Assembly: GCA_965208675.1 (NCBI GenBank)
Contig: OZ242351.1
Span: 4,480,001-4,544,000, forward strand
Length of the DNA stretch: 64,000 nucleotides
Reading direction: 5' to 3'
Origin: Candidatus Poribacteria bacterium
GTDB lineage: Bacteria > Poribacteria > WGA-4E > PCPOR2b
In this document: positions 10,384 through 19,747 of the stretch, one piece after another
Position numbering within the stretch: the first letter of the stretch is position 1
Layout: the number at the start of each line of letters is the position of its first letter
Program-made: the position numbers and the translations under genes
Notes under the pieces: generated by a model
Told to the model about the DNA's origin: nothing
The model's input: only the letters and a program-made list of their open reading frames with translations
Database searches by the model: none

Positions 10384-11339
10384 ACGTCGAGAGAGATTAT
10401 TTCTGGTATCGGCTCTTTAAGACGCGCGGTATCGGTACCAAGTCATTAATCAAGATAGACAAAATTCTCGAAGAAAAAAAACGCACTGCTGAAATCTCTT
10501 CGTGGAACCGTAGCGACCTCTTGATGCAATATCCGGACTTAGCGGAATTCTTTTCTAAAATCTCTGAAGAAGATGAGAACGAGGTGCGTGAAGAGTATGA
10601 GGAACTCAAAAGCAATAGTGTTGAAATTATCTACCCGTCGCACCCCGATTTTCCGCCAATTTCCCTTGAAATTGCACCAATACAATTCATAAAGGGAAAA
10701 CGAACGCTGCTCTCCGCCGATGGGGTTGCAATCGTAGGATCTCGGAATGTGTCAAATACGGGGATTTGCATTGCGGGGAAGATTGCCGCTGAACTCGCGA
10801 ACGAAGCATTAAACGTCGTATCCGGATACGCAAAGGGTGTAGACGCGAAAGCCCACTTAAGTGCGTTAGCCGCGGAGGGAACTACTACTATAGTGCTTCC
10901 CTACGGCATCAAGGAACTGCGTCAGAAAAAAGCGCTGAAAGAGTTTGACTGGCGGCGAGATGTGCTGGCAGTTTCGCAATTTGCACCGGACGCCAAGTGG
11001 CTAGCGCGGAATGCGATGGCTCGAAATATCCTCATTTGTGCACTTTCCAAAGCTGTTGTCGTGATTGAATCGGGACCTGAACGAGACGCCCAAGGTAAGA
11101 TGTCAGGAACTTTCAATACCGCACAAATGGCTCAACGTATGGAATTGCCGCTGTTCGTTATAAATCCGGAATGCTTTGACAATCCCCCGATTGGTAACGC
11201 AAACCTAATTGACCTAGGCGGTGAACGCCTCGATCCAGACGGCGCCGCGGAGACAATTTCCAAACACGTTTTTGGTGAAAAAACGGAATTGTCTCCCGGC
11301 AAAAAGCAGGATTCTCATGTGCAATTAGAGTTCTTGTAG
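10380..11339 (+). CDS. DprA/Smf-like (SLOG) protein
   Basis: VAIVGSRN, VVSGYAKGVDAKAH, AMARNILICALSKAVVVIES..SGT; ATGA overlap with the PRTase gene. Confidence 0.88.
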   Translation: MNVERDYFWYRLFKTRGIGTKSLIKIDKILEEKKRTAEISSWNRSDLLMQYPDLAEFFSKISEEDENEVREEYEELKSNSVEIIYPSHPDFPPISLEIAPIQFIKGKRTLLSADGVAIVGSRNVSNTGICIAGKIAAELANEALNVVSGYAKGVDAKAHLSALAAEGTTTIVLPYGIKELRQKKALKEFDWRRDVLAVSQFAPDAKWLARNAMARNILICALSKAVVVIESGPERDAQGKMSGTFNTAQMAQRMELPLFVINPECFDNPPIGNANLIDLGGERLDPDGAAETISKHVFGEKTELSPGKKQDSHVQLEFL

Positions 11340-11437
11340 GTTGGGTAGAACAGGATGGTGGAACAGGCGAAGAAATCTGCAGGCGGTTCGTTATGTAAAG
11401 ATTGTGTGGTAACGTTTACAGCGTAGCGAAACACAAC
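11336..11437 (+). repeat. GTAG-REP-bounded element with the same termini as 9471/13035 but a different core
   Basis: GTAGGTTGGGTAGAAC...GCGTAGCGAAACACAAC; inverted remnant of its 3' end at 8978-8998. Confidence 0.65.
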
Positions 11438-11459
11438 GCTTTTGGAGCGTTCGAATAAC

Positions 11460-11497
11460 CGAATGCCGCGATTCGGAAATCGCTCCTACAAGGGGAG
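11460..11497 (-). repeat. GTAG-type REP, family 2, copy 1
   Basis: 38 bp identical to 13190-13227; minus strand reads GTAGGA-GCGATT-TCCG-AATCGC hairpin. Confidence 0.8.
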
Positions 11498-11576
11498 GGT
11501 GAGTTCTAGATTCGCAATGTAACGTCTCTCCGTGTCGTGACATACGAGCGGCGCAAAAGAATCCGGGAAAACAGAG

Positions 11577-12800
11577 TTAATTATCTAGTGGGTTATGATT
11601 CGCTTTTGAGTGCTTCGCAAGCTGTTCTGAATCTATCATCTTGAATTTACCGTTGTTTTGATCCGTCAACGAGACTAACAGTTGAGCTCCCATCGGACGG
11701 TGTAAGTTAATTTCAAGCCCGATGACGTAAATGCTCGCATCGTTCACATTCTTCGCTCGGATGGTCTCAAGGATTATCCTAGAATCTGTTTCAATATAAA
11801 CTTGCGTGTTTTGGCCTGCCGTCGGCACTCCATCGGTGACCAATACGATGACAGAGGTGTCGATTTCAAGGGCTTTTTCAACGGCTGCGAGGAGATTTGT
11901 GCCTTGGTAATTCACGATGCGTTCAGGAGTAAATCGATTGAGGTATTTTGACGCTATTTCAATATTCTCAATCGTCGCGGGCAGCAGCGAATTGCTCATC
12001 AGCGTCGCATTCGCCGAAAACGTAACAATGTTGAAATAGTCGTCGCTGCCAAGCGAAAACATCGATTCTTTAATCGATTCGAGTGCGAGCTCAAGCTTCT
12101 TCAATCCTGCCGCTTGCATGCTTGCAGAGACATCAAGGCAATAGACGATGTTTTGCGGGCCTTCAAACTCGTCAAGAAAGTCAATGATTCCCAATTTATC
12201 GCCGATTCCCGAATTCCCACCCCCGCCAAGCAGTCCATCTTCCGAGTCGCCGTAAGAATCAACTCCGAACATCCCGTTGCGCTGCCCGGGTACGCGCACA
12301 CGTCCCGTGACCTTGCCCTGCCCGTCCACCGGTCCACTGTGGGAAACCAGCCGTTCAAGATTTGATGCTTCAGCGTCACGGAGTTGTGCGTCCGTCATGA
12401 ATTCAGGAATCTTCTCACTTGGCGCTGCCGTGTTGACTTCGATATTTTTGTATACAATCCGTTCACTGAGACGCATGACTTCTCGAATCTTGTTGGGTGA
12501 GGATTCGGCGAGTTTGTTTTTTGCCTCGCGTGCAAGCAGTTCATCGGGTCTGCGGACAGTCTTTTTTAACGGCGGTTTGGTCTTAGGCTGCCGCAGCTTC
12601 GGTTTAGGTACGTCCTTGACCCATTCCACGGCGATGCTATCCTCGTCTTTGACAGGTTTCTGCTGAAGGACAAAAAGATAGATGATTACAGCGATGACGT
12701 GGAAGATTAACGACAGGAGCAGCGCCGAACGTCTCCGAGTTTTGCTGCGCTCAATCTGCTCTTGTCTGGCAGCCAAGGTTGTCGATTGTAACGTTGTCAT
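11577..12800 (-). CDS. membrane-anchored von Willebrand factor A (VWA) domain protein
   Basis: N-terminal TM SLIFHVIAVIIYLF; Pro/Lys/Gly linker; MIDAS DVSASM..T..VTDG. Confidence 0.85.
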   Translation of the reverse strand: MTTLQSTTLAARQEQIERSKTRRRSALLLSLIFHVIAVIIYLFVLQQKPVKDEDSIAVEWVKDVPKPKLRQPKTKPPLKKTVRRPDELLAREAKNKLAESSPNKIREVMRLSERIVYKNIEVNTAAPSEKIPEFMTDAQLRDAEASNLERLVSHSGPVDGQGKVTGRVRVPGQRNGMFGVDSYGDSEDGLLGGGGNSGIGDKLGIIDFLDEFEGPQNIVYCLDVSASMQAAGLKKLELALESIKESMFSLGSDDYFNIVTFSANATLMSNSLLPATIENIEIASKYLNRFTPERIVNYQGTNLLAAVEKALEIDTSVIVLVTDGVPTAGQNTQVYIETDSRIILETIRAKNVNDASIYVIGLEINLHRPMGAQLLVSLTDQNNGKFKMIDSEQLAKHSKANHNPLDN

Positions 12801-12880
12801 GGTAGCCTCCTCAATTCATCGGGCGAATCCATCAAAGAAACTCTTGAATCTAGCTGGGCATCATCAATACAATTGAATAT

Positions 12881-12896
12881 AGCAATTAATGTGCCA
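12881..12896 (-). promoter_or_regulatory. sigma54 (-24/-12) promoter of the VWA gene
   Basis: Minus strand TGGCAC-ATTAA-TTGCT, ~80 bp upstream of the start. Confidence 0.8.
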
Positions 12897-12950
12897 TAAG
12901 GAAGTATACGCTACACTTTTCCAGATTGTGCTAGAAAATGAACGAAAAAC

Positions 12951-13000
12951 TGTCATCTATCAGAAACATATAAAGGGAATCCTGTGGTAATCTTGATACA
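12951..13000. promoter_or_regulatory. two TGT-N12-ACA sites, putative enhancer-binding-protein UAS
   Basis: TGTCATCTATCAGAAACA (12951-12968) and TGTGGTAATCTTGATACA (12983-13000) upstream of the sigma54 site. Confidence 0.5.
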
Positions 13001-13034
13001 GAAGCGGCACTAGAATGAGACGCGAATCAATTTC

Positions 13035-13143
13035 TTGTAGGTTGGGTTTCGCTGCGTCCATCGTATTTTGCGGGCAGTTTGCCTAACTAAACGGTCTCAT
13101 ATAATGAACAACTTTCGATGTACCCGCTCTACCCAACCTACAA
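13035..13143. mobile_element. 109-bp REP/MITE-like element
   Basis: 13-bp perfect terminal IR TTGTAGGTTGGGT / ACCCAACCTACAA; core shared with 9620-9719. Confidence 0.75.
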
Positions 13144-13189
13144 ATGCTCAATCAATCGTTGGGTAGAACGATTGGCCGAATATGTGCCG

Positions 13190-13227
13190 CGAATGCCGCG
13201 ATTCGGAAATCGCTCCTACAAGGGGAG
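13190..13227 (-). repeat. GTAG-type REP, family 2, copy 2
   Basis: Identical to 11460-11497. Confidence 0.8.
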
Positions 13228-13326
13228 CAAAAAACTTACCGCCATTTTTCCCTTGACACGCCAACTTACCATTATGTATGATCTGACAAGATTCTGCTAA
13301 AATTCATGAAATTATATAACGGCGAG

Positions 13327-13364
13327 GCGAGGGCGCTGTATAGTGTCCACCCTCGTTTTTTTTT
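13327..13364 (+). terminator. intrinsic terminator ending a short candidate transcript
   Basis: GCGAGGG..CCCTCGT hairpin followed by a T run (13356-13364); TTGACA-18-TATGAT at 13253-13282. Confidence 0.55.
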
Positions 13365-13631
13365 GCTTGAAAAAACTCAACATGTGTACAACCCGATCGG
13401 TGAAATGCGTCCCAGAAATGGGATCCCCGGTTTTAGGGCACAAAAGGGCACAAAAGGACACATTGCGGCCGGCAATTTAGACGAGCGCTCGACACGCCGC
13501 GAAGCTAGTGTTTAACGAGTTTCTCAAGCCATCGGAGACGCCGAAATCGACAAACATTTTGCCGGTGTAGGAAAGTGTCCTCGACTACCTAATAGCGGTA
13601 GTGGGGACACGAATCTTTAAACGATTTGCGG

Positions 13632-13660
13632 TTGACACTCAAACCCGATACGAATATAAT
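13632..13660 (+). promoter_or_regulatory. consensus sigma70 promoter of the TRAP operon
   Basis: TTGACA-17 bp-TATAAT. Confidence 0.85.
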
Positions 13661-13745
13661 ATAATGCACGAGCAATGGTGGTATTTCAATTCGCACCGAG
13701 GTTTTTTCAAGCGCTTCATAATGTTAATCGCCTACGGAATTCAAG

Positions 13746-14699
13746 ATGACAAACTTTAGAGTAAATTATCTGTATGTTTTTATTGTTTTCATGTCCTCAA
13801 TAGTGATTGTCGGTTGCAGCACAACCAAATTAACTGTCAACCAAACAGTGAAGGTTTTTGCGAAAGCGTCCAAAACCTACGACAAGGAGGCCGACCTAAT
13901 GCTTGCGGATGCCGGCATCAGGTCAAACCTCAAGACGTTCGAGGGACTGCGGGAGATTGTGCCTGAAAATCAGCGGCTGATGACGCTTACCGCGAGATCG
14001 TTTGCCTCGTATGCGTTTGGCTTTGTTGAAGACAAGATGGAAGCTGCAGCGGCAGTTGGCGACTTTCAAACTGAATCTGAAATGCGTGCGCGCGCAATCG
14101 ATTATTATGGGCGCAGCAAACGCTCCGGTTTAAAGGCTTTGTCGAAAGTGAATTCAAAATTTCCGGAAGCATTGGACGGTGCGCCGGAGAAGTTGGAACG
14201 CGCGTTAAAGGGCTTCAAGAAAAAACACGTGCCGGCGCTTTTCTGGACGGCGTATGCGTGGGGTAGGTCCATAAATCTACAGCAGGACAATCCGATGCTG
14301 CTAGTCGATCTTGCCAACGTAGAGATGATGATGCGCCGCGTCATCGAACTTGATGAATCCTTTTATTTCGGCGGCGCGCATCTGTTTTTCAGCGCTTACT
14401 ACGGCAGCCGTTCACCGCAGTTGGGCGGAAACCCGGAGAAAGTGAAGCAACATCTGCAACAGGTGGACGAAATCAATAATGGCAAGTTTCAGTTTAGCAA
14501 GTTGTTTCTCGCCCGCTATTACGCCTATCCCCTTCAGGATAGGGCACTTTACGAACGGACGCTGCAAGAGATTATTGATGCGCCGGTTGACGTGTTCCCA
14601 GAACATCGAATTTCTACCGCGATTGCTAAAGCGCGCGCCAAGCGTTGGCTTGCCCAGACAGACGATGTGTTCGGTGAAGCAGTTGACCACGATGAGTAA
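13746..14699 (+). CDS. TRAP transporter TatT-family lipoprotein (TPR-like)
   Basis: Lipobox IVGC; helical protein with ELDESFYFGGAHLF and LGGNPEK; directly upstream of dctPQM. Confidence 0.8.
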   Translation: MTNFRVNYLYVFIVFMSSIVIVGCSTTKLTVNQTVKVFAKASKTYDKEADLMLADAGIRSNLKTFEGLREIVPENQRLMTLTARSFASYAFGFVEDKMEAAAAVGDFQTESEMRARAIDYYGRSKRSGLKALSKVNSKFPEALDGAPEKLERALKGFKKKHVPALFWTAYAWGRSINLQQDNPMLLVDLANVEMMMRRVIELDESFYFGGAHLFFSAYYGSRSPQLGGNPEKVKQHLQQVDEINNGKFQFSKLFLARYYAYPLQDRALYERTLQEIIDAPVDVFPEHRISTAIAKARAKRWLAQTDDVFGEAVDHDE

Positions 14700-14823
14700 C
14701 ATTCAGTGAATTTCAGTGGAGAGTGAATAGTGTCGAGTTGAGAGCGTTGACGCACATTTTACGATTCACGCATGTTTAGCGGCACCTGCTATATATATTA
14801 GGTTTTTGAGATTGGAGATACGT

Positions 14824-15840
14824 ATGACTCGCTTCACACCAATTTGCCTTATTATTTGTATATATGCCAACCTTCTCATTTTACCCGCCGCTAGCGGTGA
14901 AGAAACCATTAAATTGGCAACACTCGCCCCCAAAAACTCGTCGTGGATGAAAATTTTTTATGCCATGGGGAAGGAAATCGAGGAAAAAAGCGGTAGAAAA
15001 GTAAAGATTCGATTTTATCCTGATGGGGTGCAGGGCGATGAGATTGATGTGATTCGTAAAATGCGTGCGGGACTGCTTCATGCCGGTGCGATGACCGATG
15101 TCGGGTTAGGTGAGATTCATAAACCTGTGCTTATTTTTCAGACATTCCGCATGTTTAATAGTTATGCCGAACTCGACTACGTGCGCGATCAACTGCGGGA
15201 CGGACTTGAACAGGCGTTCGATGAGGCGGGTTATGTCCTGTTGGGATGGGGGGATATCGGTTACTACTATATTTTCAGCAATCATCCGATAAAAACTACC
15301 GAGGATCTCCGCCATCCAAACGTCAAGGTGTGGGTACGCACAGGCGATCCGGTCTCGGAACACTTCTACAAGACTATTGATTTCATCGGCGTTCCAGTAT
15401 CAGTGCCGCAGGTGTTGTTATCGTTGCAAACCGGGCAAATCAACGCGCTGCTTGTCTCTCCGTTGGCGTGCGTTGCGCTGCAGTGGTACCCAAAACTGAA
15501 GTACATGTCCGATATGCCAATCAGGATAGGAATCGGCGCTACGCTAATCACAAAAGAGAGATACAATCAATTGCCTGCTGAAGCACAGAAGATACTCCGC
15601 GATACGGCGCTGCAATATCACCAGAAACTCATCCGGCGCGTCCGGGAAGACAACGATAAATCGGTCGAGGCGTTGACAAAGAAGGCGGGAATCCAGATAG
15701 TGAAAGTCAGCGAGGCGGAGCGGGCGGAGTGGAACAGCCGATGCGCCCAAATGCGCGATGAACTTGCGGGAAATATATATCCGCAGGCGCTGCTTGAACA
15801 GGTGGACGCATTATTGGAAGCGTATCGCTCAAGCCATTAA
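14824..15840 (+). CDS. dctP: TRAP substrate-binding protein DctP (TatP type)
   Basis: Signal peptide; IKLATLAPKNSSW, GVQGDE..VIRKMRAG, VALQWY. Confidence 0.9.
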   Translation: MTRFTPICLIICIYANLLILPAASGEETIKLATLAPKNSSWMKIFYAMGKEIEEKSGRKVKIRFYPDGVQGDEIDVIRKMRAGLLHAGAMTDVGLGEIHKPVLIFQTFRMFNSYAELDYVRDQLRDGLEQAFDEAGYVLLGWGDIGYYYIFSNHPIKTTEDLRHPNVKVWVRTGDPVSEHFYKTIDFIGVPVSVPQVLLSLQTGQINALLVSPLACVALQWYPKLKYMSDMPIRIGIGATLITKERYNQLPAEAQKILRDTALQYHQKLIRRVREDNDKSVEALTKKAGIQIVKVSEAERAEWNSRCAQMRDELAGNIYPQALLEQVDALLEAYRSSH

Positions 15841-15877
15841 CAGGTTCAACACTAGCCAAGCGGCTGAGATTTTCAGA

Positions 15878-16384
15878 TTGAACGTCGTCAAACGAATCAA
15901 TACCCTCCTCGGAAACATTGAAACTGCATTGCTATGCCTGATTATCCTGTCAATCGTTGGATTGGGGATTCTCAAGATTGTTCTGCGGTACTTTTTTCAG
16001 ATTAGCCTCCTGTGGAACCAAGTTGTCTTGCAGCATTTCATATTGTGGTTAGCGTTCTTGGGCGCGTCGCTCGCCACGTGCGAAAACCGCCACATCAGTA
16101 TTGATGTCCTCACCCGCTACCTTCCGAAGCGCCTCGTACAATTTACCAACATCCTCGTTCATATTGTCAGCTTTGTTATCGTCTCCATCCTCGCTTATAC
16201 CGGCTTTGAATTCATCCGTGATGAGCAGGCGAGCGGCGCAACGCTCGCCGGCGTCATTCCAATTTGGTGGGCGAAGCTCATCATCCCTATAGGGTTTGTA
16301 TTGATAGCACTGCACTTTGCTCTCCACACCGTCATGGCGATTTTGAGCAAGACAAAAGGGGAAGTCTCATCATGGGAGCGTTGA
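15878..16384 (+). CDS. dctQ: TRAP small permease DctQ; start approximate
   Basis: Four TM segments; LWLAFLGASLA..RHISIDV; IIPIGF. Confidence 0.85.
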   Translation: MNVVKRINTLLGNIETALLCLIILSIVGLGILKIVLRYFFQISLLWNQVVLQHFILWLAFLGASLATCENRHISIDVLTRYLPKRLVQFTNILVHIVSFVIVSILAYTGFEFIRDEQASGATLAGVIPIWWAKLIIPIGFVLIALHFALHTVMAILSKTKGEVSSWER

Positions 16385-17664
16385 TTGGGTCCGGCTTGGG
16401 CTTGTTTGCGCTCTTGGGCGGCGCGTTGTTTGTCCTGCTCGGCGGGTTGGCGATTCTCGGATATGCTGTGTCGGGCGATCCAATCAGCAGCATCATTATT
16501 GATCTCAATCGCCTGGCGCGAAATCCGACCATCATGACAATCCCGCTGTTCACTTTCGCCGGCTACGTGATGGCGGAGAGTAACGCACCCAAACGCCTCA
16601 TTGCACTGGCGCAAACAAGTGTCGGCTGGCTGCCCGGCGGTGTTGCCATGGTTGTGTTGGTGACATGCGCGTTTTTTACCACGTTCACTGGGGCATCAGG
16701 GGTGACAATCGTCGCGCTTGGCGGACTGCTTTTTCCAATCCTTCGGCAACATTACACTGAACAATTTTCACTTGGCATAATTACAACCTCGGGCAGCCTC
16801 GGACTGCTTTTCCCGCCGAGTATCCCGCTTATCCTCTATGCAATCATCGCCCAGGTTCCGATTGATTTGATGTTCTGCGCGGGGATTATCCCGGGATTTC
16901 TCCTAATACTGATTCTTGGCGGCTACTGTTCTGGATGGAGTCTCTTCAAAAGGGTCGAACATACGCCATTCGATTTGCGCACATTTGGAAGGGCGCTTCG
17001 GAATGCCTTGGGTGAGGTACTTCTACCGTTCATTGTACTCGGTTGCATTATATCGGGTATTGTCACAATTGATGAAGCTGCTGCACTAACGGCAATTTAT
17101 CTGTTGATTGTCGAGATGGTTATCCACCGCGACATTAGTATAAGGCAGTTACCGAAAATTGTGCGGGAGAGTATGCTGCTCGTCGGCGCCATTTTGATTA
17201 TTCTCGGCATCGCGCTGGGACTGACAAACTATCTGGTCACAATCGAATTGCCGAGTATCGCGCTAGACTGGATTCAAGGGCAGACACAAAACAAGATTGT
17301 CACGCTGATTGGGCTCAATCTTTTTCTGTTAGCTGTCGGATGCTTGATGGACATTTTCTCCGCAATTGTTATTATTGTTCCCCTGCTGATTCCGATTGCG
17401 GAGGGGTTCGGGATAGACAAAGCGCACCTTGGTATTATCGTGCTGACGAATCTGGAGATTGGTTACCTCACACCGCCCGTTGGCATGAACCTTTTCATCT
17501 CAAGCCTCAAGTTTGAAAAATCCGTTATTTCACTGTATCGATCTGTTTTGTTGTTTATCGGGTTGCTCCTATTCGCGCTGGTAATCGTCACCTACGTCCC
17601 CGAGTTGAGCTTGTGGCTGCCGCGGGTATTGGGAAAAACGTCCACGCCGCTGTTGATTGAATAA
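16372..17664 (+). CDS. dctM: TRAP large permease DctM
   Basis: TIPLFTFAG, SGSLGLLFPPSIPLILY, EIGYLTPPVGMNLF. Confidence 0.92.
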   Translation: MGALIGSGLGLFALLGGALFVLLGGLAILGYAVSGDPISSIIIDLNRLARNPTIMTIPLFTFAGYVMAESNAPKRLIALAQTSVGWLPGGVAMVVLVTCAFFTTFTGASGVTIVALGGLLFPILRQHYTEQFSLGIITTSGSLGLLFPPSIPLILYAIIAQVPIDLMFCAGIIPGFLLILILGGYCSGWSLFKRVEHTPFDLRTFGRALRNALGEVLLPFIVLGCIISGIVTIDEAAALTAIYLLIVEMVIHRDISIRQLPKIVRESMLLVGAILIILGIALGLTNYLVTIELPSIALDWIQGQTQNKIVTLIGLNLFLLAVGCLMDIFSAIVIIVPLLIPIAEGFGIDKAHLGIIVLTNLEIGYLTPPVGMNLFISSLKFEKSVISLYRSVLLFIGLLLFALVIVTYVPELSLWLPRVLGKTSTPLLIE

Positions 17665-17684
17665 CCTTCCATATATGCCAGGCC

Positions 17685-18995
17685 TCAACGAGAATTGGCG
17701 GGTGCGTCTTTCAGAATGTATTTGGGAGCTAGGGCGGTTAGCGTCAAGCCGCGCGCGACAGAATACAGCGTCAGCGCCAACCAGAGGCCATGGTTTCCGA
17801 GCGGTTTGAGCAAGTAATATGCTGGCAAGAAGACGACGAATGTTGAAGCGAGCATTGCGTTTCGCAACGGTTTTGAAGCGGTCGCGCCAATGAAGATCCC
17901 ATCCCAGAGGTATGCCGCGGCATTAATGATTGGCGTAAGGGCGACCCAAATCAAATATGGGAACGCACGTTTCACAATATCAGCTTTGTTTGTGAAGACA
18001 TACAGCAGCGGCTGCCCGAGCAATCCGTAAATTAGGCTGAATACCCCCGCCAGGCCTATTCCCCAGATAAATACATGTCGCACCGCTATTCTCAGGTTGC
18101 GGAATTCGACAGCGCCCTTGTATTTTCCGATAAGACTTTCCGCCGCAAACGCGAAACCATCAATGGCATAAGCCAGAAAATAAATGTACTGTAGAAGGAT
18201 AGTATTTACCGCTAGAATGATATCGCTCACGGCAGCCGATTTTGCGGTGAAAAACGTATGGGAGAAGACCAGACATATCGTGCGGACGAATATATCGCCG
18301 CTAATCGCGAAGAACCGTTTCAGATCGGGTAGGTACAATGCCTCTTTTAGATTCCATCCTTTCAACAGATTCCCATGTTTTATAACGAATAGAAGTACGG
18401 CACACGCCAGGCCAAGGTACTGAGCGATAACCGTCCCCAAGGCGACGCCGGGTGAACTCATCCCCATCGCCTTCACGAAGAACAGGTTGAGTCCAATATT
18501 CAGCACGTTCATCAGCACCGTGAGTATCATCGGATAACCGGCATTCTGGACACCTAAAAACCATCCGTGAAACACAAAAATACTCAAAGCCGCCGGGGCG
18601 GCGTAGATTCGGATATAAAAATATTGGCGGGCTAATTGTTCAACTTCGGTGCTGGCATTAATGAGATAGAAACTGATATTTGCGATGAACGGCTGAGTTA
18701 GGATTAGTGAAACGCTCACGGCAAGCGCAACGAACAAGCCTCTCGTAAGAATCAGGATGCTTTCTCTATGGTTATTCGCGCCGTGGGCTTGTGCTGTAAG
18801 TCCAGTTGTGCTCATTCTGAGGAATCCAAATCCCCAGTACAGCATGTTAAAAATGGCTGCCCCGATGGCAACCGCGCCCAAATGCCGCTCTGATTCTAGC
18901 CGCCCCATCAACGCTATGTCAACGGCGCCCAAGATTGGAACGGACAGGTTGCTGATGATATTGGGTACAGCCAATCGAATAATCTGCTTGTTCAT
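17685..18995 (-). CDS. MATE family efflux transporter (DinF-like)
   Basis: LAVPNIISNLSVPILGAVD, FGFLRMSTTGLTAQA, DGIFIGAT; about 12 TM. Confidence 0.92.
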   Translation of the reverse strand: MNKQIIRLAVPNIISNLSVPILGAVDIALMGRLESERHLGAVAIGAAIFNMLYWGFGFLRMSTTGLTAQAHGANNHRESILILTRGLFVALAVSVSLILTQPFIANISFYLINASTEVEQLARQYFYIRIYAAPAALSIFVFHGWFLGVQNAGYPMILTVLMNVLNIGLNLFFVKAMGMSSPGVALGTVIAQYLGLACAVLLFVIKHGNLLKGWNLKEALYLPDLKRFFAISGDIFVRTICLVFSHTFFTAKSAAVSDIILAVNTILLQYIYFLAYAIDGFAFAAESLIGKYKGAVEFRNLRIAVRHVFIWGIGLAGVFSLIYGLLGQPLLYVFTNKADIVKRAFPYLIWVALTPIINAAAYLWDGIFIGATASKPLRNAMLASTFVVFLPAYYLLKPLGNHGLWLALTLYSVARGLTLTALAPKYILKDAPANSR

Positions 18996-19082
18996 TTCAT
19001 GATGCTGATAGTTGCAAAGGGGGTAGCCGTAGTCGAGATGTAAGTTCTTGAGGATATACCGGCAGCCGCACGGCCGCGAGAT

Positions 19083-19688
19083 TCAACTAATTTTTTTGGC
19101 TGCGAGTATTCCGTATTCTACATTGTACACCTTTGTTTTCCACGCCGATGAAGCCTCCAGATACGGTTTTAGTAATCTTCCCTTGTCCCCCCATAATACA
19201 TCATCAACTATAATTATGGCGTTCTCGCCGAAGAGATTTTCGACAGCCTTGAACTCCTTCCAGATATGATTGCCATCATTGACAGAATCAAATAAGGCAA
19301 AGTGAATTGCCTCGAAGGCATGCGCTTCAACCATCTCTGTCAAGTTTTCAACCGAATCGCCTTCAACGTAGTTAATGTGCTGGTTGTAGTCCACACACAA
19401 TTCTTGACAAACCGCAATGTGCTCGCTGCTAATCTCGAACGTGTAGAAATCACCCCGCCCCATTAACACCGAAGCGATGGCTAAAGTGCTCTCGGTGCCT
19501 TCATCGGCATCCCGAATACAACCAGTTTCAATAATTACCGGGTGAGGTGTACTGTCAAGCACTTCTAACAAATGTCTCTCAAGAATTGACCTGTGCGCGC
19601 GCATATGCTGCCGCAACCCTAGTTTATGAAGAGTAAGATGCAGCGCTTTCCAAGTTCTGTTTGCCAATCGACTTTTTCTGATCGACAT
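19083..19688 (-). CDS. class I SAM-dependent methyltransferase-like protein
   Basis: IIETGC motif I, YTFEIS, EGDSV, ALFDS, IIVDD. Confidence 0.6.
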   Translation of the reverse strand: MSIRKSRLANRTWKALHLTLHKLGLRQHMRAHRSILERHLLEVLDSTPHPVIIETGCIRDADEGTESTLAIASVLMGRGDFYTFEISSEHIAVCQELCVDYNQHINYVEGDSVENLTEMVEAHAFEAIHFALFDSVNDGNHIWKEFKAVENLFGENAIIIVDDVLWGDKGRLLKPYLEASSAWKTKVYNVEYGILAAKKIS

Positions 19689-19747
19689 ATTTTGAGTCTC
19701 CTCTTTGGGGTGCTAAATCGCCGTCTTGCAATTGTACCCGATACTTC

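Noticed and set aside
9772-11339. Natural competence locus (comF + dprA)
   Set aside because: The PRTase lacks the ComFC zinc ribbon, the DprA is atypical and no com/pil genes are nearby; a TA/defence reading fits better.
13431-13462. GGGCACAAAA tandem repeat
   Set aside because: Only about 2.5 copies of 10 bp; too short to interpret.
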